Position numbers and translations under genes: made by a program. A DNA stretch of 64,000 bases from Promethearchaeota archaeon (lineage in GTDB: Archaea; Asgardarchaeota; Lokiarchaeia; Sigyniarchaeales; SOKP01): assembly GCA_019057795.1 (NCBI GenBank), contig JAHLWS010000046.1, positions 1 through 64,000 on the forward strand, in the 5' to 3' direction. A model generated the notes under the pieces. It searched no databases, was not told the DNA's origin, and saw nothing but the letters and a program-made list of their open reading frames with translations. Below, one piece after another: positions 10,482-21,566 of this stretch. Each line of letters opens with the position of its first letter. Position 1 is the stretch's first letter.

Positions 10482-10754
10482 ATGCTAAAAATGGTAGATC
10501 ACGCATTTTATTTGAAAGCAGTGAACAATCCAATAAGAAAAAAGCTGTTACGAATTTTAAATGAGGTGGAAAAAACCTCTCAAGAAGATTTATTAGAAAA
10601 ATTAAAAGCCAACAATATCTTGGATAAAGAAGATGTTTTTAAATACCATATAGACTACTTAATTCAAGCAGATTGCGTTAAGAAAATCGAGGAAGATGGA
10701 AACAAAATCAATTTTGAGATATTACAAGCTGGAAAAGTCATCGAAAAATACTAA
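10482..10754 (+). CDS. ArsR-like winged-helix protein (paralog of upstream gene)
   Basis: YLKAVNNPIRKKLLRIL...YHIDYLIQADCVKK...ILQAGK. Confidence 0.75.
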   Translation: MLKMVDHAFYLKAVNNPIRKKLLRILNEVEKTSQEDLLEKLKANNILDKEDVFKYHIDYLIQADCVKKIEEDGNKINFEILQAGKVIEKY

Positions 10755-10761
10755 ACCTTAT

Positions 10762-11235
10762 TCATTTATTTTTTTCCAAATATTTTTTAAAACAAGTACA
10801 ACAAGGAATTCCTATACTAATATTAAGATTTTGTAGTTTTTTTATTTCTGAATACATAAAATTGATTAAAACATCTCTCAGTTCTATATTTTCATCATTA
10901 AAATACATTTTTTTTAAATGCGAGTAGTGATTGGTAGCACCACATATAGGACATCTCGAATAATAATTTACAAAATTAAAAAAGATTTCTCTTTCCTCTT
11001 CATCGAGGGCTTTCAATTTCAAATCTGGATTGTTAAGGATAAGTGTTTTTAGGTGATCAAGTTCGGTTAACATCTCGTCTCTAAGAAAATTTGAGTTTTT
11101 TCTAAAATTATTAAGATGATTAGCACGGGGATTCATATCAGGTTTAAAATCAATTGCATTATCAAAATATTCTAAAGTTTCGTTAGAAAATATCAATCTC
11201 TTACTTTTTTTTGTACTATCCACAAGATTTTCCAT
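10762..11235 (-). CDS. Hypothetical zinc-binding protein
   Basis: CPICG and PCCTC motifs. Confidence 0.55.
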   Translation of the reverse strand: MENLVDSTKKSKRLIFSNETLEYFDNAIDFKPDMNPRANHLNNFRKNSNFLRDEMLTELDHLKTLILNNPDLKLKALDEEEREIFFNFVNYYSRCPICGATNHYSHLKKMYFNDENIELRDVLINFMYSEIKKLQNLNISIGIPCCTCFKKYLEKNK

Positions 11236-11308
11236 ATTTTTTTTCCGAGATTCTTAAATTAGTTTTTAACAATTAATCTTAGGATAGATTCATTCTTAAA
11301 AATTTATA

Positions 11309-12592
11309 TTACAAAAAGTTGAAGCTTTTTTGTTTACTAGAAAAAAGATCGTTTTCATTGAAATCAGATAGTCTTCGAATGTCCATAACTTTTGAGGAGG
11401 CGAAGTACTCGAAATCAAACTCTACAACATCGCCCGCGTTTCTACCCGGAATTGGCATAAGTCTGGCTGTTAGTGGTTTTTTCAATCTTAATGAAATAGT
11501 ACATATATCTAATAAAATATAAAACAATTCTCTTTCGGTAATATCGCCGGGTAACGGAACACAATCTAATCCTGTTCCGCAAATAGTAGCATACAGCAAT
11601 AGTGTATCTAAATTAAATTTATTTTCTGATAAGCTTTTAGCTATTGTATAGTCTTCAAGCACAGAAGGCATAAATCCTGAAAATCCTATAACTTTTTTTC
11701 TTTTGGGTATTGCATTTTTTATTATTGCTACTCCGATAAGAGAGCCAGGAGCTCCAAAATATTCGAAGTTTAGTTTTTCGAAGGCTGTTCCGATGCTTTT
11801 TTCTACAGTAGGATAAGGTGCTGGAGAGAAATCGATTCCATTAAATTCAATGTCGTGCTTGTTAGCCACATCTTCGCAAATTCTCATCAAATTGTCGTAA
11901 ATTTCGTTAAACCTTGTCCTCAAGTTATTTTGTGCCTCTTCAAGATTCTTAGAGTTTTCAAAAACCTTCACAACTTCATCTGCCATCTCCAACGCTAAAC
12001 TAAAAGAAGGCCTTTCTGAAACGTGATAAGCTGAGGGAAAAAATGGCGTATCGGGAGACACATTAGAACTCACGCAAAAGTTTAGATTTTTAAATGGATC
12101 TGGTTCGGATAATTTTTTTATAATTTTAGCTCCTGACCGAAGAGCAGATAAGTTAATTCCGTTGTCCGTTGACGCTACATGTAATGAACTAAAAAATTTT
12201 TCTTTTCTTTTAATGAACGCAGGTATTTCATTCAACAATAATTTTTCGTAAATACCATATTTCTGAATTTGTTCGTCCGCTAATACAGCACAAGAAGCAA
12301 AGTAGTCAAATTCGTATTTCGATACGATTTTTTCTAAGATATCTAATTGCTCGTGAATCCTCGTTAATGTTTCATTTAAATTTCTCGCCTGCAATTGTTG
12401 ATCATATGATAATATCGGTTGAGAGCACAACCTTTTAGACTGGACTTCAATAGCTATACCATTAAATTTTTGCGTTAGGTCTCTATTGAATACATTGAAC
12501 TTGCTAAGATTCTGCTCCATTACTCTTTCGAATTCTTTATCCTCGATTAAATATGGAATTTTTTGTCCAATTGTAATAGCTCGAATTTTCAT
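11309..12592 (-). CDS. DUF711 family protein
   Basis: MKIRAITIG, GIDFSPAP, IGFSGFMPSVLED, CGTGLDCVPLPGD, KPLTARLMP. Confidence 0.88.
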   Translation of the reverse strand: MKIRAITIGQKIPYLIEDKEFERVMEQNLSKFNVFNRDLTQKFNGIAIEVQSKRLCSQPILSYDQQLQARNLNETLTRIHEQLDILEKIVSKYEFDYFASCAVLADEQIQKYGIYEKLLLNEIPAFIKRKEKFFSSLHVASTDNGINLSALRSGAKIIKKLSEPDPFKNLNFCVSSNVSPDTPFFPSAYHVSERPSFSLALEMADEVVKVFENSKNLEEAQNNLRTRFNEIYDNLMRICEDVANKHDIEFNGIDFSPAPYPTVEKSIGTAFEKLNFEYFGAPGSLIGVAIIKNAIPKRKKVIGFSGFMPSVLEDYTIAKSLSENKFNLDTLLLYATICGTGLDCVPLPGDITERELFYILLDICTISLRLKKPLTARLMPIPGRNAGDVVEFDFEYFASSKVMDIRRLSDFNENDLFSSKQKSFNFL

Positions 12593-12878
12593 AATGTTTT
12601 CATTGGGAAGAATTATTGTTTTACATCTTAGTTGATAAAAGAAAAATCATTAAAAAGATTTACCATATTATAGGTAAAAACCCACTGCCTTTATGTTCTT
12701 GTTCTAATCGGCTTTTAGAGGGGCTCATTTTCAAATCACTTAAAATAATCAGAACTACTATATAAAATAAAGTTATTATAGTAAAAAATTTTAATTATGA
12801 GGAAAAATGTTTACTTAGCATAAACTTAATTACTTCGTATCACAAGTTTAAAAGTGAGAATATATTACACAGAACTCT

Positions 12879-14089
12879 ATGAATTTAACCGAAAGTAAAT
12901 CCCAAAAATCCTTGACAATTGGGAGAAAACATATTGTCCTAATACTTTCATTGTCATTTATGGTCAATTTTGATAGCAACGCAGTAATACCTATAATCGC
13001 GACTTACGCTAAAACATTAGGTGCTTCGGGTATTATGATTGGATTTATTGTAGGAATTTATTCCATGGTCCATATTCCTTCAAACATAATTTTTGGAAGG
13101 CTAGTTGACAAAATAGGTAGAAGACTGTTGATATCAATCGGAGTAATGTTAGATGGCTTGTCTATGCTTCTTTACGCTATTGCTCAAGACCCATTATTCC
13201 TTTTATTTGGTAGAATTGTCCACGGAATAGGAGGCGGTTTTGGTGGCCCTGCTACCATGGCTTATATATCCGACGCAACGTCTCAGAAACGTAGCGGAAG
13301 GGGGATGGCGTTATATGGAATGTCCATAGGATTTTCAAATTTAATAGGGTTCTTATTAGGCGGTATGGTCGCTCAAATAATTGGAGGAAGCAATTTGTTT
13401 TTCATAATAGCAATTGTGCTATTTATAATGTCTTTCACTTCTTTCTTTCTCCCATCGATATATCAACCCTCTAAAGAGAAAATAAAGTTTAGAGAAGAAC
13501 TTAAAACATTCAAAAACATAGTTTTACATAAATCCATGATCAGTCCTTACATTTCAATCTTAGCAATGATGTTTAACATCGGAATCGTTACGGCAGTATA
13601 CACACTTATGCTAGAGAGTGCGACATATACAGTTGGACAAACCGGTATAATTCTAAGTATTATGGTGATCTTCTCAATACTTATTCACTACCGGCAGGTA
13701 TAATGAGCGACAAAATAGGGTATCTCAAAGTAATGTTAATTGGATTATTATTGATAGCAACAGCATTTGGAGTTTTCTTAATATCATTCGAGGCTCCAGT
13801 ACCTATGATCGGTATGGTTTTTCTGGGTCTTGGGCATGGATTGATTTTTCCTTCTTCAGCAGGTGCTGTTAAAGAGAAAACCAAGGGTTCTGAGAGCGGT
13901 GTAGCGACAGGAATATTCTATGCTCTGATAGTTGCTGGAGTAGCCATTGGAGCGCCAATTTCGGGTCATGTTTACGACCTTTATGCTGGGCAGACGACTT
14001 TGCTATTGGGGGTTATAGTGCCATTGATAGTTGCTACCATTCTTATATTATTATTAAGAAATTTTAATAAAGATCCGAAACCAAAATAA
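12879..14089 (+). pseudogene. MFS transporter split by a 1-nt deletion at ~13691 (frameshift or sequencing error)
   Basis: ORFs 12879-13703 and 13703-14089 are two parts of one MFS (GRLVDKIGRR motif A); adding one C to TAC-CGG gives HYPAGIMSDKIG, the second motif-A-like loop, and a 403-aa protein. Confidence 0.85.
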
Positions 14090-14209
14090 ACCAATTCAAT
14101 TCAAATGATCTGCTATCCTAAAGCTAATTTTAATCTAATTGAATTGGTTATAAACAGTTAAGCCTAATTTTAAAAGTAGTTTATAATCAAAGTCAATCGT
14201 TTTTATTTT

Positions 14210-16606
14210 TTATATTTCATCCAGTTTTACTTTTTCTTTCTTTTTTTCTTCTGCAATTACAGGTTTTATATATTCTCCAGGCTTAATTGGACCCAGTTTT
14301 TCAAGCTCAGATTTGAATTCGGAAATAACTTGAGCAAATTTTTCACCTTCGCCAGCAGATATGCTTACAATTTTGACGCGATCTTCGTTTATCCCAGCTT
14401 CACCAAGTATTTCTCTTATGCTTTCGTATCTAGTCGTTGCTTTCATAAAACCAGTATCGTAATGGCAATCTTGTGGGTGGCACCCTGCGATTAATACGCC
14501 ATCCGCACCGTTAAAGAAAGCCTCAAACACTTGCGAAGGATTCAACATTGCTGTACACATTACGTGCACAGATCTTACGTTGCTCGGATAATTTAATTTA
14601 CTTGTACCAGCAAGGTCTGCGCCCATATAAGAACACCAATTACAGAGAAACGCGATTATTAAGGGGAATTCGATTTTTTTCTTTAATACCGTTTTTATTT
14701 GAGCATTTATTTGCCCTTTAGTAAAACCCGGAATGTACAACGCATCGGAATGGCACATTGCGGCACAAGCTCCGCATCCTGTGCAGTTAACTTGAGTGAT
14801 AATTAATTTATTATTCTCGATTTTTAAAGCGTTATAGTTACAGATATTTTCGCATAATCGGCATAAATCACATTCATCTGGATTAAAATAGACCATATGA
14901 GGGTCTAATTCGACCTTCTTTTTTGAAGTTAAAGCGATAGCCTTCGCAGCAGCGCTTTCTGCCTGAGCTATACTGTTAGGAATATCCTTAGGCCCTTGTA
15001 TCACGCCTGCCAGAAATATTCCGTTCACAGAGGTCTCAGAAGGTTTTATTTTCAGATGCTTTTCTAGTAAGAAACCATAGGGGTCTTGTGATATGTTTAA
15101 CAATTGACTTAATTCTTTTGTGCCCTCTGCAGGTTCGATGCCAACGGCTAGTACTACGACATCGGTCCTATTTTCGAAAATTGCGTCCTCAATAACATCT
15201 TCGCCCCGAATTAATAATTCTCCGCTTTCTGATAAATCGTCTTTTAAAATTGCAGAAATATTGCTTTTTATAAACCTAATCCCAAAAGTTTCTTGGGCTC
15301 TATTATAGAATTCCTCACAATTCTTACCCATAGCTCGAATGTCAGTATAATATACATTAATTTTAATCTCAGGATATTCCTTTTTTAATAGAACCGCTTG
15401 TTTAATTGCCTCATTACAACAAACTTGGCTACAGTAATCGTGGTGAATAACTTTATTTCTTGAACCTACGCATAATACAAACGACACTTTCTTAGGTACT
15501 TTTCCATTGGAAGGTCTCGCAAATCTACCGCGAGTAGGTCCATCGTTGTTAAGCAGTCGTTCTAATTGCATAGTGGTGATTACATCAACATATCTTTGAT
15601 AATTCAATTCGCCTAACAAACTAGGATCAAACGTCTTAAACCCTGTTGCCACTATAATTGTACCCACTTGAAATTCGATTGTCTCTGCTTTTTGATCGAA
15701 ATCGATTGCGTCGCGATCACACGCTTGCGCACACGCCTTACATCCGATGCAAAACTCTTCTATAATGTTTGGAAAGAGCGGTATAGCTTGAGGATAAACC
15801 ACATCAATTGCTTTTCTGGGAAAAAAAGTATCCTCTACATCAATTGGACAAACATCTCGACAAAGATCAAAGCAACCTACGCAAGTCTCTTCGTTTATAA
15901 ATCGCGGGTGTTTTTTTACTCTTACATCAAAGTTTCCGACATAACCCCCTACATTTTCAATTTCAGAATATGTAAGCAACTCAATATTGGGGTGATCTTT
16001 TACTTCTACCATAAGAGGACCTAATATACAGATCGAACAGTCTAACGTAGGAAAAGTCTTATCAAAAAGAGCCATGTGGCCTCCTATTGTTAAGTCTCTT
16101 TCAACTAAATATACTTTATATCCCGCATCCGCAATGACAAGAGCAGCTTTAATACCGGCAATTCCGCCCCCAATTACCAAAGTTGCTGGATTAACCTTAG
16201 CATATTGAACCTCTAAAGGCATGAGAAGCTTAACTTGTTCAATTGCCATATTTATTTGGTCGATTGCCTTTCTCGTAGCTTTCTCAGGTTCATCGTTATG
16301 AACCCAAGAGTTTTGCTCTCTAATGTTTGCGAAGGAGATAAGAAATCTGTTGATGCCCGCCTTTTCTATGGTTTTTCTGAACAACAATCCATGTAATTTA
16401 AAGGAACACGCGGCAATAACTACCCGATCGATCTTATTTTCTTTAATTTCCTCAATTATTTTATTTAAACCCAATTCTGCGCATAAATATTGATCTCCAA
16501 TTACATGGACATCTGGATATTGGCTAAAATGTTCTATCAATTTACCGTTATCGATTACTCCGCTAATATTTTTACCACAATCACATATAAACAATCCAAC
16601 TTTCAA
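14210..16606 (-). CDS. hdrA: Heterodisulfide reductase subunit A fused to MvhD
   Basis: CDCG N-terminus, GGGIAG FAD site, KTFPTLDCSICIL, YCSQVCC, ferredoxin inserts, C-terminal FLCNWCSY...AGCHPQDCHY MvhD domain. Confidence 0.95.
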   Translation of the reverse strand: MKVGLFICDCGKNISGVIDNGKLIEHFSQYPDVHVIGDQYLCAELGLNKIIEEIKENKIDRVVIAACSFKLHGLLFRKTIEKAGINRFLISFANIREQNSWVHNDEPEKATRKAIDQINMAIEQVKLLMPLEVQYAKVNPATLVIGGGIAGIKAALVIADAGYKVYLVERDLTIGGHMALFDKTFPTLDCSICILGPLMVEVKDHPNIELLTYSEIENVGGYVGNFDVRVKKHPRFINEETCVGCFDLCRDVCPIDVEDTFFPRKAIDVVYPQAIPLFPNIIEEFCIGCKACAQACDRDAIDFDQKAETIEFQVGTIIVATGFKTFDPSLLGELNYQRYVDVITTMQLERLLNNDGPTRGRFARPSNGKVPKKVSFVLCVGSRNKVIHHDYCSQVCCNEAIKQAVLLKKEYPEIKINVYYTDIRAMGKNCEEFYNRAQETFGIRFIKSNISAILKDDLSESGELLIRGEDVIEDAIFENRTDVVVLAVGIEPAEGTKELSQLLNISQDPYGFLLEKHLKIKPSETSVNGIFLAGVIQGPKDIPNSIAQAESAAAKAIALTSKKKVELDPHMVYFNPDECDLCRLCENICNYNALKIENNKLIITQVNCTGCGACAAMCHSDALYIPGFTKGQINAQIKTVLKKKIEFPLIIAFLCNWCSYMGADLAGTSKLNYPSNVRSVHVMCTAMLNPSQVFEAFFNGADGVLIAGCHPQDCHYDTGFMKATTRYESIREILGEAGINEDRVKIVSISAGEGEKFAQVISEFKSELEKLGPIKPGEYIKPVIAEEKKKEKVKLDEI

Positions 16607-16782
16607 TTTGAAACCACTCTATAACTTTAAATTTTCGCGAATCTATGATTAATATTATCTAATGTCAATATTAATTGTTCCTAATAATTGATTAAAATTA
16701 ATTTTAACCATTGTTAAAATTAAAGAATACTTAGAAATTACTTATCTAGCATATCCTTTGGTAAATTAAAAATTTAAGACTT

Positions 16783-17403
16783 TCAATTCCTAATTAACAG
16801 GATATCCTTTGGAAGGAATTTATACACTTTAAAAATGTCAAAATCGTTTTTTTTCATTGTAAAAAAATATCTTTTCTCGATTTCGTATTCTTCACTTGCC
16901 CATTTTAATATTTCTTCTTTTGAATAAAATCTCCCTTTATTTTTGAGCGAATTGTGAAGCGCGGGGCACTTTTTCGAATAATCAATAAAATTTTTGACGC
17001 TATTAATTAACATGTTCCACCCTATTGGAAAAGCGCGACATTGGAAGGGTCTCGCTTCGTGAACGGTGCATTCATTATCCTTTAAGAAGTGGCAATGCTC
17101 GTCGTCTCCAGTAAATCTAAACCCAAGAGTTTTGTATCTATAAGTTTTCTCTCTTACAGCGCCGGGTTCTTTCCAAAAGAACGAATCACTCACAATTTTA
17201 AGGTATTTATTCGCAAACTTTCGTAATTCTGAATTACTTTTTACGTTTAAGTGCTTTGCTAATTTTTTAATATCGTCTTGGTATAAATATACCTCTCCTT
17301 CTTTAAAACCCCGACAGCAAGCACCACACATTTCGCACGTAAAATAAACGCCGTTCTCGAACTTTTTTGCTAATTGAATTGTATGCGAAGCCAAATCGTT
17401 CAC
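16783..17403 (-). CDS. YkgJ-family cysteine-cluster protein
   Basis: FTCEMCGACC, CHFL, CTVHEARPFQCRAFP, CP. Confidence 0.9.
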   Translation of the reverse strand: MNDLASHTIQLAKKFENGVYFTCEMCGACCRGFKEGEVYLYQDDIKKLAKHLNVKSNSELRKFANKYLKIVSDSFFWKEPGAVREKTYRYKTLGFRFTGDDEHCHFLKDNECTVHEARPFQCRAFPIGWNMLINSVKNFIDYSKKCPALHNSLKNKGRFYSKEEILKWASEEYEIEKRYFFTMKKNDFDIFKVYKFLPKDILLIRN

Positions 17404-17544
17404 TTATTGACAAAAGCGAAAATATGTGCTATTAATTTAATAATATTAGTCTGTTAAATTTATATTTAAATATTAATTCATTGATTCTTTTAAGAAAGAA
17501 AAGCTGTTCAATTATTTAAGGTAGAATTTTTAAATTCATTAATT

Positions 17545-19770
17545 ATGACTGTTGATTTGCTTAAGTTTGAAAAGGATTTACAATATATTGAAAAATATTT
17601 GCTAAAAAAAGATATCAAACAATCTGATAATTACAAAGAGTGGTTTGATTATTTCATTAAAATTTACGGAAAAAAACACACTGATGTCCATCTCTATGTA
17701 GTCTTTTCGTTTATTTATTTTATAGCACTATTATTTATAGTAAAATACGTCTTAAATCAAGAGATAACATTTCAATCCAAACAATTTTCAAATAATTTCT
17801 TTAAAAATTTGAAGAATGATGTTAAAAAAAAGTTAAATTTTGAGATAGGAAACGAAATTAGTTATTTTCACCCACTTTTTGATGCTTTAGAAGAATTAGA
17901 TCCACCCGCTTTCGATAGTTTGATCAATCTAATCACTGCTGAGATATTTTCATTAGATGATAACCCTGAATATATGTTTGATAGCGTAATCCAAACCTTT
18001 TTATCCACTTACATAAGGCATAAATCTGGAGAATTTTACACTCCACCGTTCTTAGTCAAAAAAATGGTTAAAGAATCGTATATATTTGGTTCGAAAGTCC
18101 TCGATCCTTGCTGTGGTTCCGGAAACTTTTTAGTTGAAATTGTAAAAACTATAATAAACTCTCATAACTCAGAGAAAGAGAAAGTTGCGGCTCTTAATAA
18201 TATTCATGGTTACGATATCAATCCAATTTCGATTTTTATAACTAAAATCAATTTCTTGTTCTTACTCAAGGAAAAGACATCCAAAGTCGATTTGAACCTG
18301 TATGTAACCGATTATTTATTCAAGGAAGAAGTAAGTGTAAACGACGATTTTGATTTGATAATTGGAAATCCTCCTTGGTTTACTTTAAGAGACATAGATT
18401 CTCCTGATTACCAGAAAACGATAAAAAAGCTATCGGAAAAACTAGAGATAAAGCCGCAACCGAAAAACATCTTAAATATTGAGATTGCCTCGCTGTTTTT
18501 CTATAAAGCTAAGACATCAAACATGAAAAATAACGCAAAAATATTCTTTGTTATCACCGAAGGAGTTATAAATGGCTCTCATGCGGCTCGTTTCCGTAAT
18601 TTTAAGGGCTTCAAAAACATTAAAATCTGGAAGTTTACTCGTGAAATTACTAAAGTATTCAACGTGGATTTTATTTGTATCTTTGCTCAAAAATCTGCTG
18701 AAAATTTACAAAAATATAATATAGAAATCCCTGTACATTTATTTTCAATAAAAGAAAAAAGAAAAAAATTAACTTATTTTGAATTAATAGATTTAAAGTT
18801 AGAAAAAATTGAAATCCTGGTTCCGTATCTAATCGAAACGAAAGGAGACAAAACTTACACTAACAAACTGATCACAGAAGAAGATTATAAAAAACTAATT
18901 CCAATTAAAGTAAGCGAATACAAAAAGCTTTTCCATAAAGGCGCAGATTTAAATCCCAGGAATTTAATATTTATAAATTGTGAAATATATAATACCTCTC
19001 TGGTAAAAATTAATCCGGACACCCGAATTTTTAAGAGAGCAAAAGAACCTTGGAATAAAATTGAATTTAAGGACGAGTTAGTCGAGAAAAAATACATATT
19101 TAAAGTAATCAAAAGCACAGAGCTGGTGAAATTCTTTGTTTACGGTTATTACGACGTCTTTTTACCGCTAAGCAGAGGGAACTTGCGTTTTGATTATTCC
19201 TCGTTAGGAAAGAACGCTAAGGTTTTCTACGATAAGATAAACGAAATCTATTTGAATCATAAAAAAGAAACGACTAAAAACGAATCCTTGATGGATAACT
19301 TAAATAGATGGTCTAAGTTAATAAATAAACGGCAAACATCCAAAACTAAAGTAGTTTACAACAATTCGGGATCGGTTGTCAACGCGGCTGTCGTTCAAGG
19401 GGACTTCATTATAACTGGAGATTTAAGTTTTTACTCAACAGACGACCTAAACGAAGCTTATTACTTATCAGCAGTTCTAAACTCGCCGTTAATGACGAAA
19501 CAAGTTAAAATAAAAAAAAGCTCAAGACACATTTTTAAAATTCCTTTCGAAGTTCCAATTAAAAAGTTTGGCAATTCCGATAAAAATCATTTGAAACTAG
19601 CGGAATTAGCAAAAAAGGCTCAGAAACTCTCCAAATCTGTTACCATTGACATTCTGGAAAAAAACAATAATAACATTTCTAAAATCAAAATACAAAAGGC
19701 TCTTTCAAAGAACTTATCTCTAATATTAAAACAAATCGACGATATCCTAAATAATGAATTGAAATCTTGA
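17545..19770 (+). CDS. N6-adenine DNA methyltransferase (Eco57I/type IIG-like MTase-TRD, no obvious nuclease domain)
   Basis: GEFYTP, motif I VLDPCCGSGNFL, motif IV IIGNPPW, C-terminal YYLSAVLNS. Confidence 0.88.
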   Translation: MTVDLLKFEKDLQYIEKYLLKKDIKQSDNYKEWFDYFIKIYGKKHTDVHLYVVFSFIYFIALLFIVKYVLNQEITFQSKQFSNNFFKNLKNDVKKKLNFEIGNEISYFHPLFDALEELDPPAFDSLINLITAEIFSLDDNPEYMFDSVIQTFLSTYIRHKSGEFYTPPFLVKKMVKESYIFGSKVLDPCCGSGNFLVEIVKTIINSHNSEKEKVAALNNIHGYDINPISIFITKINFLFLLKEKTSKVDLNLYVTDYLFKEEVSVNDDFDLIIGNPPWFTLRDIDSPDYQKTIKKLSEKLEIKPQPKNILNIEIASLFFYKAKTSNMKNNAKIFFVITEGVINGSHAARFRNFKGFKNIKIWKFTREITKVFNVDFICIFAQKSAENLQKYNIEIPVHLFSIKEKRKKLTYFELIDLKLEKIEILVPYLIETKGDKTYTNKLITEEDYKKLIPIKVSEYKKLFHKGADLNPRNLIFINCEIYNTSLVKINPDTRIFKRAKEPWNKIEFKDELVEKKYIFKVIKSTELVKFFVYGYYDVFLPLSRGNLRFDYSSLGKNAKVFYDKINEIYLNHKKETTKNESLMDNLNRWSKLINKRQTSKTKVVYNNSGSVVNAAVVQGDFIITGDLSFYSTDDLNEAYYLSAVLNSPLMTKQVKIKKSSRHIFKIPFEVPIKKFGNSDKNHLKLAELAKKAQKLSKSVTIDILEKNNNNISKIKIQKALSKNLSLILKQIDDILNNELKS

Positions 19771-19865
19771 ACAATTGTATAAATTCTTATTATTTATTAA
19801 ATATTATAATAATATGGTTTTTTTTTAATACCAGATGCAAAATTGCGAGTAATTCGGTGAAGTTT

Positions 19866-20393
19866 TTGAAGAACTATGTTTTTAAGATTATCGTGGGAGG
19901 AAATGGCGGAGTTGGTAAAACTACGCTACTCCGAAGATATGTAGATGGTAATTTTGATGAGTCTACAATTGCAACGGTAGGAGTTGATTTCTTCATAAAA
20001 AAAGTAATCTACGAAAACATAGGGAATTTTACGCTTCAATTGTGGGATTTAGGAGGTCAGAAACGCTTTAGGCACTTGCTCGAAAGCTTTATTATGGGCG
20101 CAAAAGGAGCGCTTTTACTCTTTGACTTAACCAAAATGCCAAAAATAAACGATATTCTGAATTGGGTTAATATTTTCAGAATGCACGATTTAGACCTTCC
20201 CATAGTCCTCATTGGAACTAAACACGATCTTGAGGACGCTATTGCTGTCGACGACGAATCTGCCAATAGTATAAAAAACACGTTTAATATGATCGAATTC
20301 GTGAAAACTTCCTCAAAAACAGGCGATAATATAGGTCTAGTATTTGATATTCTAGTTGAAGAATTAATGAAAAAAAAAAATTTTTACCTTTAA
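19866..20393 (+). CDS. Rab-like small GTPase
   Basis: G1 GNGGVGKTT, G2 TVGVDF, G3 WDLGGQKRF, G4 TKHD, G5 TSSK; likely TTG start at 19866 after GGTGA. Confidence 0.9.
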   Translation: MKNYVFKIIVGGNGGVGKTTLLRRYVDGNFDESTIATVGVDFFIKKVIYENIGNFTLQLWDLGGQKRFRHLLESFIMGAKGALLLFDLTKMPKINDILNWVNIFRMHDLDLPIVLIGTKHDLEDAIAVDDESANSIKNTFNMIEFVKTSSKTGDNIGLVFDILVEELMKKKNFYL

Positions 20394-20428
20394 TTTTGCT
20401 TATTAACTCATTTTTATTGTTTTAAATT

Positions 20429-21220
20429 ATGGACGACGAATTAGTAATTTTAGGTTCTGGAGGTGGGCGTCACCACATCAGAACTCAGTATCGAGCGACG
20501 GGGGGTATTTTGTACAAATTCAACGGAATTCAGGCGCACATAGATCCTGGACCCGGAGCTATCGTACGAATCAACCAATATAAGGAAGATCCTACTAAAA
20601 CAGAATTATTTATCGTTACTCACATGCATATAGACCATTTTAACGATTTGTGCGCGATAATCGAATCCTCTCGAGAACGCCTTCACGATAAAAACTACGA
20701 TTATTTTAAAAAAGGAACTCTGATAACGACCGAAGAGGCGTTAAAATTCGTGCCCCAATATCACCAAGACATGCTCGAATCGATAGTTCCTTTCAAGACA
20801 GGAGATGTTTTTAGTTACAAAGGAGTTGAGATAATCGGTACTAAAGTCATCCACTCTCAAGTCGAAGGATTTGGAGTAAATTTTAATCTAAAAGATTATA
20901 CGATCGCGTTCTCCAGCGACACGAGGGTATTTGAAGGATTCTCCGAACAATTCTCAGGAGTTGACATATTGGTGCTAAATTTGCTTAGACCAGACTCTGT
21001 AGTTTGTCGTCGCCATCTATGTACAGACGAAGTGATACCTTATTTAAACAAAATTAAGCCTTCGCTTAAGGGGTTATTAATTACTCATTTTGGAAGCATT
21101 TTTTCCCAAAAAGATTTCATACCAAGCCAAATCGAAAAGTTAAAGGATAATACCAATATCAATAAAATCATCGCTGCTGAAGATGGAGCAAAAATTAAAA
21201 TTGTTGATTTTCTAAATTAA
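20429..21220 (+). CDS. Metallo-beta-lactamase-fold hydrolase
   Basis: ILGSGGG, IDPGPG, THMHIDHFND, SDT, THFG. Confidence 0.9.
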   Translation: MDDELVILGSGGGRHHIRTQYRATGGILYKFNGIQAHIDPGPGAIVRINQYKEDPTKTELFIVTHMHIDHFNDLCAIIESSRERLHDKNYDYFKKGTLITTEEALKFVPQYHQDMLESIVPFKTGDVFSYKGVEIIGTKVIHSQVEGFGVNFNLKDYTIAFSSDTRVFEGFSEQFSGVDILVLNLLRPDSVVCRRHLCTDEVIPYLNKIKPSLKGLLITHFGSIFSQKDFIPSQIEKLKDNTNINKIIAAEDGAKIKIVDFLN

Positions 21221-21566
21221 CTAATAAATTATTGAATTAAAGGGAAATTTAATCTAACCTTTTTATCGATATCTGTACTCCTATAAATTATAATACATAT
21301 TTATTTATAATAACGAAGTAGATCTATTAATAAGAAGGGAAATTTACACGATAATTTGAGCTAACATTGGATTTCGCCCTCTATTAAGCTCTAAGAGTTT
21401 AATTCTCTCCCTGTTTTTGTATTTTTGCTCAAATAAATCGTTCCCTTCCTTTATCCTTAATGTTCTTGGAATTCAAAACTGTTTAAAGATAACGGAATTC
21501 CGGATTTAAATTGAGTAAAAAAAAAAATAAAAAGAGTACTGATAAAATCATTAAAAGTATTTCAAA

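Noticed and set aside
13681-13710. MFS split as a second intron or programmed frameshift
   Set aside because: The frame is restored by adding one C in a CC run, not by removing sequence; no hairpin or slippery site. Best explained as an indel or sequencing error.
14210-16606. Selenocysteine recoding in HdrA/MvhD
   Set aside because: ORF is continuous with Cys at the relevant positions; no in-frame TGA and no convincing SECIS seen.
21346-21502. Short start-less minus-strand frame and CGGAATTCCG palindrome
   Set aside because: Too short and no independent support.
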